The notes below the pieces were generated by a model. The model saw only the letters and a program-made list of their open reading frames with translations. It had not been told where the DNA came from and did no database searches. Position numbers and translations under genes: made by a program. A DNA stretch of 64,000 nt from Gammaproteobacteria bacterium (lineage in GTDB: Bacteria; Pseudomonadota; Gammaproteobacteria; Eutrophobiales; Eutrophobiaceae), in assembly GCA_965116495.1 (NCBI GenBank), contig OZ220696.1, positions 3,392,001 through 3,456,000 of the forward strand. Reading direction: 5' to 3'. How positions within the stretch are numbered: position 1 is the stretch's first letter; every line of letters starts with the position of its first letter. This document shows positions 33,287 through 44,578 of the stretch, piece after piece.

Positions 33287-33469
33287 CTGGAGAACAAGTC
33301 ACTCCGGGATTACAGCATCACGCAGATCGCCTTCAGTTACGGCTTCAATGACGCCGCGCATTTCAGCCGCAAGTTCAAGGAGAGTTACGGCGTTTCCCCG
33401 AAAGAATATCGCGGCAGGTATGTATTGCAAAAAAAACCCGTGGTGTTGAAGACACACCACGGGCTATAA
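33287..33469 (+). pseudogene. C-terminal remnant of AraC-family regulator
   Basis: SITQIAFSYGFNDAAHFSRKFKESYGVSPKEYR with no start or N-terminal domain. Confidence 0.75.
33429..33463 (-). terminator. Rho-independent terminator of the FadL-family gene
   Basis: cccgtggtgt/acaccacggg stem with an 8-nt A run (U tail on the minus strand). Confidence 0.75.
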
Positions 33470-33526
33470 AAGCTCTGACTGCTATAGTAGGAAGGAAAGT
33501 CTTTGGCTGTAAACCATGAGCGTATG

Positions 33527-34978
33527 TCAGAAGCTGTACGTGATATCAAAACCAAACAGATTTATCCAGCTGCCGAACGTGAAATCCTCGTCGCTGGTAA
33601 CGTTTGTCAACACACCGGGGCTGTCAAATGCAACTTTGGAGAAACCGCCCATGTTACGGCTCTCACCCGCTTTGATTGTTCGATCCTCGTAGAATACGCC
33701 TTGCCAACCTGCGGTAAGTGTCCAGCCGCGGCCATCTGAATTGGTCAGGTCATACGTGGCGCCGGCGCCTATCCAATGCCGATCACCCGACCAGAACAGG
33801 ACATCAATTGTTTCATCAGGCGCAGTTTCCGGATCATAGCGGTAACCGCCCAGGAGGGTCAGTTGGTCATTCAATCTGTATTGGACTCCTGCAGCAACCG
33901 CCAGGGTATCATCCCCTTCCCAGTCATAAGTCACGCCGGTGACACCATTGAGGGCGGGTCCGACCGGACCGACAAGACCGCTGAGTGGTTCACCGAATTT
34001 TATGTTGGCCCGTTTGCCGACGGCATCCGCGTCCGACCAGAACGTGTACTGCAAATCGACGGACCAGGTAAGCGCGTCATTGATATCGTAAGCAAAGCCG
34101 GCCTTGAGGTGGGCGGGCGTGTCGAAATCCAACTTCCAGGGCACGATTGACTTTCCCAGACCAAGAGGATTGTTGAAATCGATGGTCGCCTCTCCGTCAA
34201 AAGTAGTATCCTGCTCGCTGCGATAGGTCACGCCGATAGTCAGATCATCCGACACATCGTATTTTGCCCCGATGGTAAAGCCGATCTCATCAAAGGCCGG
34301 GTCGAACTGGAACGGAGGAACAAACAGGGGGAAATCCATCTCTGTCTCCAGGAGTATCCGTCCTACTATGAGCTCATTCGGTCCTGTATGGCCACCCAAT
34401 GCTGTGACCGGCACCAGCCTCTCTACAGTCAAATGTTTGAAAGCCACGATATTCAATGCGACGCCCACGTTAAGCCGGTCGGTAACTTCCATGCCTACGA
34501 CCGCCCCTAAATCAACGGTGAAGAAGGCCTGGTTGCTGAAACTGTACCGGTGAACACCCGCATCGTTTTCCCAATCTGCCGTCAAGGCAAACGGTACACC
34601 AAGGCCGACCCCTGCGGTAATCTTTTCACTGAGAGGAAGATAAATGCCTAAACCCGGGGCAGCGGCAATCTCACCGTTAACAGTTGTTGCTTCAACGTCA
34701 TAACTGCCGCCGGAGTCATCCATGGTTAACTGATTCGTGTCTACAAACCTGAGTCCCAGACTGATGACCGGCTTTTTGAATTCTGCAGCCCCGGCAGGAT
34801 TGACATACCAGGTACTTGCGTCTGCGGCAACGCCCTGGGTCGCGCCGGCCAGTGCACCCTCGCGGTTCGACATCCCCATTGTTTGGACGAAATCAGCGGA
34901 GGCACTTGCCGTATAACAGGTCAGTACTACGAGGCCAAACATACGTACAAAATTATTAGCAACTTTATATTTCATCAT
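33527..34978 (-). CDS. FadL/TodX/TbuX-family outer-membrane hydrophobic-compound channel
   Basis: Signal peptide, ALAGA..ADASTWYVNPAG hatch motif, beta-barrel pattern, terminal ITYSF. Confidence 0.88.
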   Translation of the reverse strand: MMKYKVANNFVRMFGLVVLTCYTASASADFVQTMGMSNREGALAGATQGVAADASTWYVNPAGAAEFKKPVISLGLRFVDTNQLTMDDSGGSYDVEATTVNGEIAAAPGLGIYLPLSEKITAGVGLGVPFALTADWENDAGVHRYSFSNQAFFTVDLGAVVGMEVTDRLNVGVALNIVAFKHLTVERLVPVTALGGHTGPNELIVGRILLETEMDFPLFVPPFQFDPAFDEIGFTIGAKYDVSDDLTIGVTYRSEQDTTFDGEATIDFNNPLGLGKSIVPWKLDFDTPAHLKAGFAYDINDALTWSVDLQYTFWSDADAVGKRANIKFGEPLSGLVGPVGPALNGVTGVTYDWEGDDTLAVAAGVQYRLNDQLTLLGGYRYDPETAPDETIDVLFWSGDRHWIGAGATYDLTNSDGRGWTLTAGWQGVFYEDRTIKAGESRNMGGFSKVAFDSPGVLTNVTSDEDFTFGSWINLFGFDITYSF

Positions 34979-35140
34979 CTCCTCCAGGCAAACCATCACA
35001 AGTGTAAAACGATGTTGAAAACAACTTACCAGCGAAAACATACACAATAGTCTTATGGCATACCGAAATATTTGGTTCGATAAAGATTCGGGTGCCGTAG
35101 TTATAATCCTGTCTCATTTATTATTATAATACAATACACA

Positions 35141-35170
35141 TTATACACAATTATCCATTTTTATCCATAA
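35141..35170 (-). promoter_or_regulatory. Phased 10-bp repeats (candidate operator) in fadL/ALDH divergent promoter
   Basis: ttatacacaa-ttatccattt-ttatccataa, reverse complements of TTATGGATAA-like units. Confidence 0.6.
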
Positions 35171-35239
35171 TTAACTATTTTCTGAATAAGAACCCTGTTG
35201 TAATAGGGTATAATACCTAATCATACCTACCCAACAAAA

Positions 35240-36670
35240 ATGAGAGAAAAAATGGAAGCTGATGAGAAAGCAAAAGCACAGAGAGCGGAAGTTGCATCGC
35301 TGATTGAACAGGCAAAGTCTGCCCAGAGGGAAATTGGGAACTACACCCAGCAGCAGGTTGACGAACTTGTCACTGCAATCTGCTGGGCAATAGTGCGCCA
35401 GGACCGTGCTGAAGAGCTTGCCAGGATTGCCGTGGATGAAGGCGGGTTCGGCAACTACGACGACAAGGTGATGAAAATACGCAACCGCTGCATGGGTACG
35501 CTGGCAGACATGCAATCGGTTAAGACAGCCGGGATTATTGAGGAAGATCCTGACAGGGGATTGCTCAAAATCGCCAAGCCGGTTGGCGTGGTTGCGGCAT
35601 TGATACCGACAACCGGTCCGGATGCAACCCCTCCGTTAAAGACGCTGCTGGCGGTAAAGGGCCGCAATGCCATCATCGTTGCCGCCCATCCCCGCACCCA
35701 GCAGACTACCGAGTTGACCGTTAAATATATGCGTGAAGCCTGTGAACAGGCCGGTGTGTCGGCAGACCTGGTGCAGGTGATCCGGAAGCCGTCGCTTGGA
35801 AAGACACAGGCGCTGATGGAGATGGCTGATCTGGTGGTTGCCACAGGCGGCGCCGGCATGGTGAAAGCGGCTTACAGCTCCGGCACGCCGGCCTATGGCG
35901 TCGGCGTTGGCAACAGTGTGCATGTTGTTGATGAAACAGGAGATTTACAGGATGCGGCCAATGCTGTCACGGCTGCAAAAAAGTTTGACTACGCCACGTC
36001 CTGTCTTGCTGATAATGCCGTAATAGCGCATGATACGATTTATGATGATTTTGTCGGCAGGCTGAAAGAGATGGGAGGATATCTTTGCTCAGCCGATGAA
36101 AAAAGGCAGCTACAGGAGTTGATGTGGCCTGATCCTGACAATCATATACCTGCCCTGGAAATTATTGCCAAGCCCGCGACGACTATCGCAAAACTGGCAA
36201 ATATTGAGGTGCCGGATGATTGCGGCTACCTGATTGTGGAAGAGACGGGAGCGGGTCCGGATCATCCTTTCTCGGGAGAGAAGCTTTCTTCAGTGCTGGC
36301 GCTATACAAGTATTCAGGCGAAATAGACAACGCTATTGACCGGATAAATACAATCACAGATTACCAGGGGCAGGGTCATACCTGTGGTATCCATTCAAAG
36401 ACTGAGGAAAACATCATGGCGGTCGCGATGAACACCAAAACAGGCCGCGTCATGATCAACCAGAATCTTAACGAAGGTGCGGGTAGCCCGCGTAACGGGC
36501 TACCCTATACACTAAGCCTTAGTTGCGGTACCTGGGGTGGAAATATCACTACCGAAAATGTCAATGCGCGCCACATGATAAACGAGACCTGGGTATCAAG
36601 GCCCGTTACTCCACGGGCAATAGACGAAGAATCGCTGTTCTCGGAACATTGGGACAAGCATGGAAGGTAG
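35240..36670 (+). CDS. CoA-acylating aldehyde dehydrogenase
   Basis: KPVGVVAALIP, ATGGAGMVKAAYSSG, DYATSC, GEKLS, SCGTWGGN. Confidence 0.9.
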   Translation: MREKMEADEKAKAQRAEVASLIEQAKSAQREIGNYTQQQVDELVTAICWAIVRQDRAEELARIAVDEGGFGNYDDKVMKIRNRCMGTLADMQSVKTAGIIEEDPDRGLLKIAKPVGVVAALIPTTGPDATPPLKTLLAVKGRNAIIVAAHPRTQQTTELTVKYMREACEQAGVSADLVQVIRKPSLGKTQALMEMADLVVATGGAGMVKAAYSSGTPAYGVGVGNSVHVVDETGDLQDAANAVTAAKKFDYATSCLADNAVIAHDTIYDDFVGRLKEMGGYLCSADEKRQLQELMWPDPDNHIPALEIIAKPATTIAKLANIEVPDDCGYLIVEETGAGPDHPFSGEKLSSVLALYKYSGEIDNAIDRINTITDYQGQGHTCGIHSKTEENIMAVAMNTKTGRVMINQNLNEGAGSPRNGLPYTLSLSCGTWGGNITTENVNARHMINETWVSRPVTPRAIDEESLFSEHWDKHGR

Positions 36671-36707
36671 TGAGACAGTGCTGCGACAGTATTCCGGTAA
36701 TGATGGG

Positions 36708-36753
36708 TTATGGACAACATAGATTATGTGTGAGTATGAAAAAATATGGTATA
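36708..36753 (+). promoter_or_regulatory. Candidate operator upstream of the regulator gene
   Basis: ttatggacaa at 36708 and TATG recurring every 10 bp at 36725, 36735 and 36745. Confidence 0.55.
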
Positions 36754-36790
36754 ATTAACCGTTATACAATAATTCTCCTTGAGGGGCCAT

Positions 36791-37591
36791 ATGCCGGCAC
36801 AGAAGAAATTCCTTACTATCACCGAAGCAGCAGATTACCTTAAAGTCAGTAAAACCTCATTGCGACGCTGGACAAACAACGGCCGCCTCGCCTGTTATCG
36901 CGTCGGTCACCGCAATGAACGCCGATTCTTACTCGACGACCTCGTCGCCTTTATGGGTGAATCCATAGATACGGGCGATTATCAGGATGGTTCTCGAATT
37001 ACTGCATCCGACGCAACCCAACCTGTTAACCAAAGCGCCCGGGCCACACGTAAACATATCTGTACTTTTTTCAAGAGTCCCAAAGAACAGTGGGGCCTGT
37101 TGCGGATGCATCTGCTCGATCATCTCAACTCTGAAGCAAAAACCGTCTATATCTATCAACGGGATAAACAGCAACTGTTGAACTGGCTCAGGAACGAAGA
37201 CCTGGACCCGGAAGATTTGATTGATCGTGGCGTACTTGAATTGTATACCGATGCTGATACGTATTTGAAAGACGGCCACTTCAGTACCGATCGTATGTTG
37301 TCCTTCTGGCAGGATATCATTACCAGGCACGAGGCATCCGGCACCAAGAGGTTACTTCTTACGGGTGAGATGGGCTGGGCCAGCAGCGGCGTTATGGGCT
37401 GTGAACAACTGGTTCCGTACGAGGCAGCCCTGGACGCGATGCTGGAAGTTACCCCCTGGGTCAGCGTAATTTGTCAATATCCTGTCTACCAGTTCTCAGG
37501 TTCCACGGTATATGACAATTTGTGCGTACATACACACGTACAATTGGTTGATCGCCTGGACACCGGTTTCAGCCCGATCGGCACAAGCTGA
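36791..37591 (+). CDS. Excisionase-like HTH plus MEDS (DcmR-type sensory) domain regulator
   Basis: LTITEAADYLKVSKTSLRRW..GHRNERRF N-terminus; HICTFF, TGEMGW, YEAALD, ICQY, THV in the C-terminal domain. Confidence 0.85.
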   Translation: MPAQKKFLTITEAADYLKVSKTSLRRWTNNGRLACYRVGHRNERRFLLDDLVAFMGESIDTGDYQDGSRITASDATQPVNQSARATRKHICTFFKSPKEQWGLLRMHLLDHLNSEAKTVYIYQRDKQQLLNWLRNEDLDPEDLIDRGVLELYTDADTYLKDGHFSTDRMLSFWQDIITRHEASGTKRLLLTGEMGWASSGVMGCEQLVPYEAALDAMLEVTPWVSVICQYPVYQFSGSTVYDNLCVHTHVQLVDRLDTGFSPIGTS

Positions 37592-37637
37592 AATTATCGT
37601 ATTACTTACCGGTCCCTGTCCGGACGGTCTGAACGGC

Positions 37638-39982
<2,345 letters not shown>

Positions 39983-40007
39983 TCAATCACGTCTGAAATT
40001 ATCAGGG

Positions 40008-40047
40008 TTATGGATAATTAATTATAGTTATGAATAATTATTTATAC
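40008..40047 (+). promoter_or_regulatory. Phased 10-bp repeats (candidate operator) in xecC/monooxygenase divergent promoter
   Basis: ttatggataa-ttaattatag-ttatgaataa-ttatttatac. Confidence 0.65.
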
Positions 40048-40158
40048 TATAATATAAGCAGTAAGAGATTTCGATAGTCGACTTGAAAAATGAGTGTGTA
40101 ACCCGGGTAGAACAATAACCAAGGATCAAAATTGGTATAGAGAAGGGGGATAAAATCA

Positions 40159-41172
40159 ATGAACGCTGCAAATTTGCCTGGTAATCGGCATTTCACCTGG
40201 TTTAAACCGGAAAGACGCAGACCCACAGATTACGAATCCTACACATTAGGACAACAGTCAGGCCCTCATCAATGGCTGGATGTTGATTGGCCCCTTTGTT
40301 TTGATGATGGTCAAGAGCCTTTCACAGAAGCTGCCTCAGAAATAATATGTACTACCTGGGATCAATTTCGTGATCCCATGAAAGTATGGCAAAGGCCTTA
40401 TGTCTCTCGAAACAACCATGAAGAGCAGGCACTGGACGGCATGACAAAACAGGCTTTGCAGGACGGTGTTGCCGACCGCATCAATCCTGTCTGGCGGGAT
40501 GAAATTCTGGGTAAGTATTATGCAGCATGGCCTTTTGTGGAGTATGGCCAATTTTTAGCGATATGTTATGCAGTACGGCAGGTACTGGATGCAACACTCA
40601 CGTTTTCGTTGGGGTTTCAAGCTACAGATAAAGTGCGCCATCAGCAGGATATTGTGCATCTGATTTTTGATTTAAAGGAAGCGTTACCCGGTTATTCCGA
40701 TGAACAAGCCAGGTCAGCCTGGATGAATTCTCCCGCGCTTGTTCCAACTCGTGAAATAACCGAACGCCTGATCGATTCCGATGACTGGGCGGAGATAGTC
40801 ATTGTTTTGGGGCTGGTGTTCGAGCCGCTCGTCGGAAATTTATTCAAAACCGAATTCATGACCAAGAATGCGCCCATAAATGGGGATGCAGTCACGCCCA
40901 TGATTCTGGCGAATGCGCGGCGTGACTCTAAATATCACCTGCAACTTGTTCAGGCAATTGTCAATATGGTTTTGGCTGACTCAAAACATGGAGCTGACAA
41001 TAAAAAGATTATTGGAAGCTGGCTGGTAAAATGGACACCGCTGTGCGAAACAGCAGCGCAGTCATTGCAAACGGTTTTCGAGATTGATGGAATTGATGCT
41101 GAACCTTTTGAACAGGGATTTACCCGGGTTAAAAACATGCAATCATCGCTGGTACAAGAGCTTGGACTTTAA
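40159..41172 (+). CDS. Alkene monooxygenase hydroxylase beta subunit (AmoA/EtnA-like)
   Basis: WFKPERRRPTDYESYT, WDQFRDP, DKVRHQQD, NGDAVTP; first of the four-gene beta-coupling-alpha-reductase order. Confidence 0.9.
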   Translation: MNAANLPGNRHFTWFKPERRRPTDYESYTLGQQSGPHQWLDVDWPLCFDDGQEPFTEAASEIICTTWDQFRDPMKVWQRPYVSRNNHEEQALDGMTKQALQDGVADRINPVWRDEILGKYYAAWPFVEYGQFLAICYAVRQVLDATLTFSLGFQATDKVRHQQDIVHLIFDLKEALPGYSDEQARSAWMNSPALVPTREITERLIDSDDWAEIVIVLGLVFEPLVGNLFKTEFMTKNAPINGDAVTPMILANARRDSKYHLQLVQAIVNMVLADSKHGADNKKIIGSWLVKWTPLCETAAQSLQTVFEIDGIDAEPFEQGFTRVKNMQSSLVQELGL

Positions 41173-41188
41173 ACGAGGAGATATAATT

Positions 41189-41488
41189 ATGATTTCAAAT
41201 AATAGTGTCGGTATCTCATTGATGAAAAGTGATGAAACACGTGCGACCCTGGAATACCTGGAAGAAAGTGCAAGTGATGCTCGCGTGAGTGATCGTGACT
41301 GTTATTACAAAGTTGAACGTGATAATAAACTTGAATTTGACATGGAAGGGATATCGGATTTCCTGGGCCGTGACCTTGATACGGATATTTTCCTGGTAAA
41401 TATGAGCTCTTACTATGGCCGAATTGTTGTTTCTGATGGAAAAGTTGAAATTTTCTCAGAAATAAAGCCCGAACGCTTCAACGACTGA
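41189..41488 (+). CDS. Alkene monooxygenase coupling protein (MmoB/DmpM family, AmoB/EtnB-like)
   Basis: VGISLMKS, FLVNMSSYYGRIVV; GAGGAG RBS. Confidence 0.9.
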   Translation: MISNNSVGISLMKSDETRATLEYLEESASDARVSDRDCYYKVERDNKLEFDMEGISDFLGRDLDTDIFLVNMSSYYGRIVVSDGKVEIFSEIKPERFND

Positions 41489-41501
41489 TGGGAGAGATTT
41501 A

Positions 41502-43016
41502 ATGACTGCTAATCTGGTGGAAGTACATGAAAAGGCAAAAGATTACGATTGGGATTTTTCGTTTGCGGAAAAAAGGCCGAAGTTTGACACAAAATATAAT
41601 ATCCCGACGAAAGGCAAGGACCCTTTTCGTATGCTGGTGAGGGATTACATGAAGATGGAAGCCGAAAAGGATGATCGCACCCATGGGTTTATCGATGGCG
41701 CGCTGAGGATGGGAATAGCGGAAAAAATGGAACCAAGGTTTAACGAGTGTTTGAAATTGACACTGTTGGACCTGGGCAATGCTGAATATGTGGCAGTTGC
41801 AGCCTGCGGCGGCATTATTTCATCCGTTCAGAACCAGGAACTCAGGCAAGGCTATCATGCGCAGATGCTGGATGAAATTCGTCATACCCAGCTGGAAATG
41901 GCCTTACGTAACTATTATGTAAAGAATGTTCCTGACCCGGCCGGGTGGGATCTTGGACAAAAAGCTCTGTTCCAGCATCCCGGCGGGCTTGTCGCAGTAG
42001 GTGAGTTCCAGCATTTCAATACCGGTGATCCCATAGATTGTATTATTGACCTGAATGTTGTAATTGAAACTGCTTATACCAATATCCTCCTGGTCGCTGC
42101 GCCACAGTCGGCAGTCCTGAATGGCGATCATGCCCTGGCGACAACATTTCTTTCAATTCAATCCGATGAAGCGCGGCATATGGCGAACGGATACGGCTCG
42201 TTGATATCGGTCCTGCGTAATGAGGAGAATGTGCCGTTGGTTAACGACGCCCTTGAACGCCATTTCTGGCATGCGCACAAGGGACTGGATGCGCTGGTCG
42301 GATGGCAGTCTGAATACGGTTCCGTAAATCGTGCATGGGCTTACAGAGATCAATGGCAGGAATGGATTGTCGATGATTTTGTCGGGGGTTACCTGGAAGG
42401 CCTGGGTGAATTCGGCGTAGAAGTGCCGAGGTTTCTGGGAAAGGCCGTGGAAGATCTTGACTGGATGACCCATACCGTCGGTCAGGTATTTTCAGCCATC
42501 TGGCCGCTGAATTTCTGGCGTTCCGATGCCATGAATGAAAAAGACTACGAATGGTTCGAGAAAAATTATCCCGGCTGGCATAAATACTTTGGCGCATACT
42601 GGGATGGCTATAAACAACTGGCGGATCCGGCCGGTGGGCACATCATTTTGCAGGAGTTGGAAAGTCTGCCGCCGATTTGCCAGGTTTGCCAGTTGCCCTG
42701 TGCGCTGCCAAGACTGGATATCAATGAATTCCGCCTGGTTGAAGTCAATGGATCACAGTATCCGACCTGTAGTGAAGGATGTGAATGGGTATTGAGGAAA
42801 TGGCCGAAGGCCTATACCCGGCGCAAGCAGTTCTGGCACAAGTATCACGGCTGGGACCTGGCTGATGTCATTTCAGATCTCGGCTATATCCGCCCTGATG
42901 GTAAAACCCTGATAGGCCAACCTACGGTTTCTCCGGATCAAAAGATGTGGACGATAGATGACATCCGGGCGCTTAGATACGAGGTCAAGGATCCGCTTCA
43001 TGGAGTCTGTCACTGA
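41502..43016 (+). CDS. Alkene monooxygenase hydroxylase alpha subunit (group-4 SDIMO, AmoC/EtnC-like)
   Basis: Di-iron ligands NAEY, DEIRH, ETAYTN, DEARH; KGKDPFR..DYMKMEAEKDDRTHG and YIRPDGKTLIGQP match recalled Rhodococcus AmoC. Confidence 0.93.
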   Translation: MTANLVEVHEKAKDYDWDFSFAEKRPKFDTKYNIPTKGKDPFRMLVRDYMKMEAEKDDRTHGFIDGALRMGIAEKMEPRFNECLKLTLLDLGNAEYVAVAACGGIISSVQNQELRQGYHAQMLDEIRHTQLEMALRNYYVKNVPDPAGWDLGQKALFQHPGGLVAVGEFQHFNTGDPIDCIIDLNVVIETAYTNILLVAAPQSAVLNGDHALATTFLSIQSDEARHMANGYGSLISVLRNEENVPLVNDALERHFWHAHKGLDALVGWQSEYGSVNRAWAYRDQWQEWIVDDFVGGYLEGLGEFGVEVPRFLGKAVEDLDWMTHTVGQVFSAIWPLNFWRSDAMNEKDYEWFEKNYPGWHKYFGAYWDGYKQLADPAGGHIILQELESLPPICQVCQLPCALPRLDINEFRLVEVNGSQYPTCSEGCEWVLRKWPKAYTRRKQFWHKYHGWDLADVISDLGYIRPDGKTLIGQPTVSPDQKMWTIDDIRALRYEVKDPLHGVCH

Positions 43017-43019
43017 CGA

Positions 43020-43336
43020 TAGCCCGCATTTATCACCAAGTCGCTTATTGCTATCCGAAACATGATTGCTGTCAATAAGTTATAGTTATATTCACACGAT
43101 GTCATCATTACAGACTGCGCTTGATGCGCCCTCGCTTGTCTTTTTCCCGCCAGCGGGCACGTGCTTCCTCAACCAGAGCTACGGCTATGCTTTCGGTCGC
43201 AGGCACCCGCTGGCGGGACAAATCTGCCAGGAGCAGATTTGGACGTCCGCAGGACGCCCGCAGGGTGTGCGCCACGGAAGGCGCACATCTAAAATCCTGC
43301 GCGATCTTCGCATCACTTGGTGATAAATGCGGGCTA
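43020..43336. mobile_element. MITE-like element, copy 2, inside the monooxygenase operon
   Basis: Perfect 22-bp TIR tagcccgcatttatcaccaagt / acttggtgataaatgcgggcta. Confidence 0.85.
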
Positions 43337-43337
43337 A

Positions 43338-44357
43338 ATGAAAATAACGGTTGAGCCTTTCCTCCACGAGTATGAATGTGAGGAAGGAGAAACCATATTA
43401 AAGGCTGCGCTGAGACAGGGATTGTTTATACGCTATGGTTGCAAACACGGTGGTTGCGGCACCTGCAAGTCGCGTTTAATCGACGGAGATATTGACGAAC
43501 CTCCCTCCACGTTTTGCCTAAGCCACGCAGAAAGAGAAGATGACTGGTTTCTCCCTTGCGTGTCGGTCCCCACCGACGATTGTACTATTGATATCAGTAG
43601 TATGGGTATTTCGGAAGAGGAGTTTCTTTCAGGGGATCAGTCCGGGGAATATGAAACCAGGATAGAGATTAATGAACCTCTGACAAAGGATATTCGCAGG
43701 CTGCGGTTGCGTATTGTCGATGAGGATGGGATGAAGTTTACTGCAGGACAATTTGCCAATATCCAGGTTCCGGGCACCCGGCATTTGCGGCCCTATTCAA
43801 TGGCAAACTCCCCTGAAGAAAAAAACATTCTGGAATTCATCATCAAGGTCTTTCCGGATGGAAGATTTTCCCAACTGTTGGAGGGCCGGTTAAATACAGG
43901 TGACAGATTACAGGTGCATGGTCCTTATGGGGAGCTGAGAATCAGGCTCTCACACAGAAATATCATCATGGTCGCCGGTGGGTCCGGTCTGGCGCCGATA
44001 TTATCCATGTTGTACCGATTAGCGGAAAAAGGAAATGAACGGCCCGTCCAATTCTTTTTTGGCGCCAGAACACATGATGATCTTTACCATATCAAAGAGA
44101 TAGAAGCTGTGGCGCAAACCATGCCGGTGCTGCGATTTATCCCGGTGTTATCCGATAGCTGGCCGGGTGACTGGCGCGGGGAAACGGGGCTGGTAACCGA
44201 AGCGCTGGCCCGGCACAGGGAATCATTCAGGAATTGCGACGCCTACCTGTGCGGGCCACCCCCCATGATAGATGCGGCGACATCCTTGCTTGTGGAACGG
44301 GGAGTCCGGGCGCGGAATGTGTATTTCGACGCATTTTATCCGGCCGCACCTGACTGA
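43338..44357 (+). CDS. Alkene monooxygenase reductase (2Fe-2S, FAD/NAD; AmoD/EtnD-like)
   Basis: CKHGGCGTC..C ferredoxin, RPYSMAN, GGSGLAP, YLCGPPPM. Confidence 0.92.
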   Translation: MKITVEPFLHEYECEEGETILKAALRQGLFIRYGCKHGGCGTCKSRLIDGDIDEPPSTFCLSHAEREDDWFLPCVSVPTDDCTIDISSMGISEEEFLSGDQSGEYETRIEINEPLTKDIRRLRLRIVDEDGMKFTAGQFANIQVPGTRHLRPYSMANSPEEKNILEFIIKVFPDGRFSQLLEGRLNTGDRLQVHGPYGELRIRLSHRNIIMVAGGSGLAPILSMLYRLAEKGNERPVQFFFGARTHDDLYHIKEIEAVAQTMPVLRFIPVLSDSWPGDWRGETGLVTEALARHRESFRNCDAYLCGPPPMIDAATSLLVERGVRARNVYFDAFYPAAPD

Positions 44358-44400
44358 ATTTGGCCCGGGATATATATATTTGTAGATGCCGGAGTGCGAA

Positions 44401-44489
44401 GTATGGATAATAGTGAATAGTTATGGACAAATAAACACAGCTTGGATAAGATTAAATATAAGTTGAAAAAATGTTTCCCGCATGGACAA
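44401..44489 (+). promoter_or_regulatory. Phased 10-bp repeats (candidate operator) upstream of xecA
   Basis: gtatggataa-tagtgaatag-ttatggacaa, plus gcttggataa (44440) and gcatggacaa (44480). Confidence 0.65.
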
Positions 44490-44578
44490 CAGTGTGTTTG
44501 TCCATCACTCATGGAAACAATAACACGGCCTGGCAGACTACGGGGCCAATAATATCCCGATTTGGGAGGAGGCATAAA

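Noticed and set aside
35141-35170. DnaA boxes / replication origin (ttatacaca, ttatccata)
   Set aside because: Only one consensus box, no oriC gene context, and the same motif recurs at the other island promoters, which fits a local operator better.
40159-44357. Soluble methane monooxygenase, phenol hydroxylase or toluene monooxygenase
   Set aside because: No gamma subunit or Rieske ferredoxin; the beta-coupling-alpha-reductase order and CoM context fit group-4 alkene enzymes.
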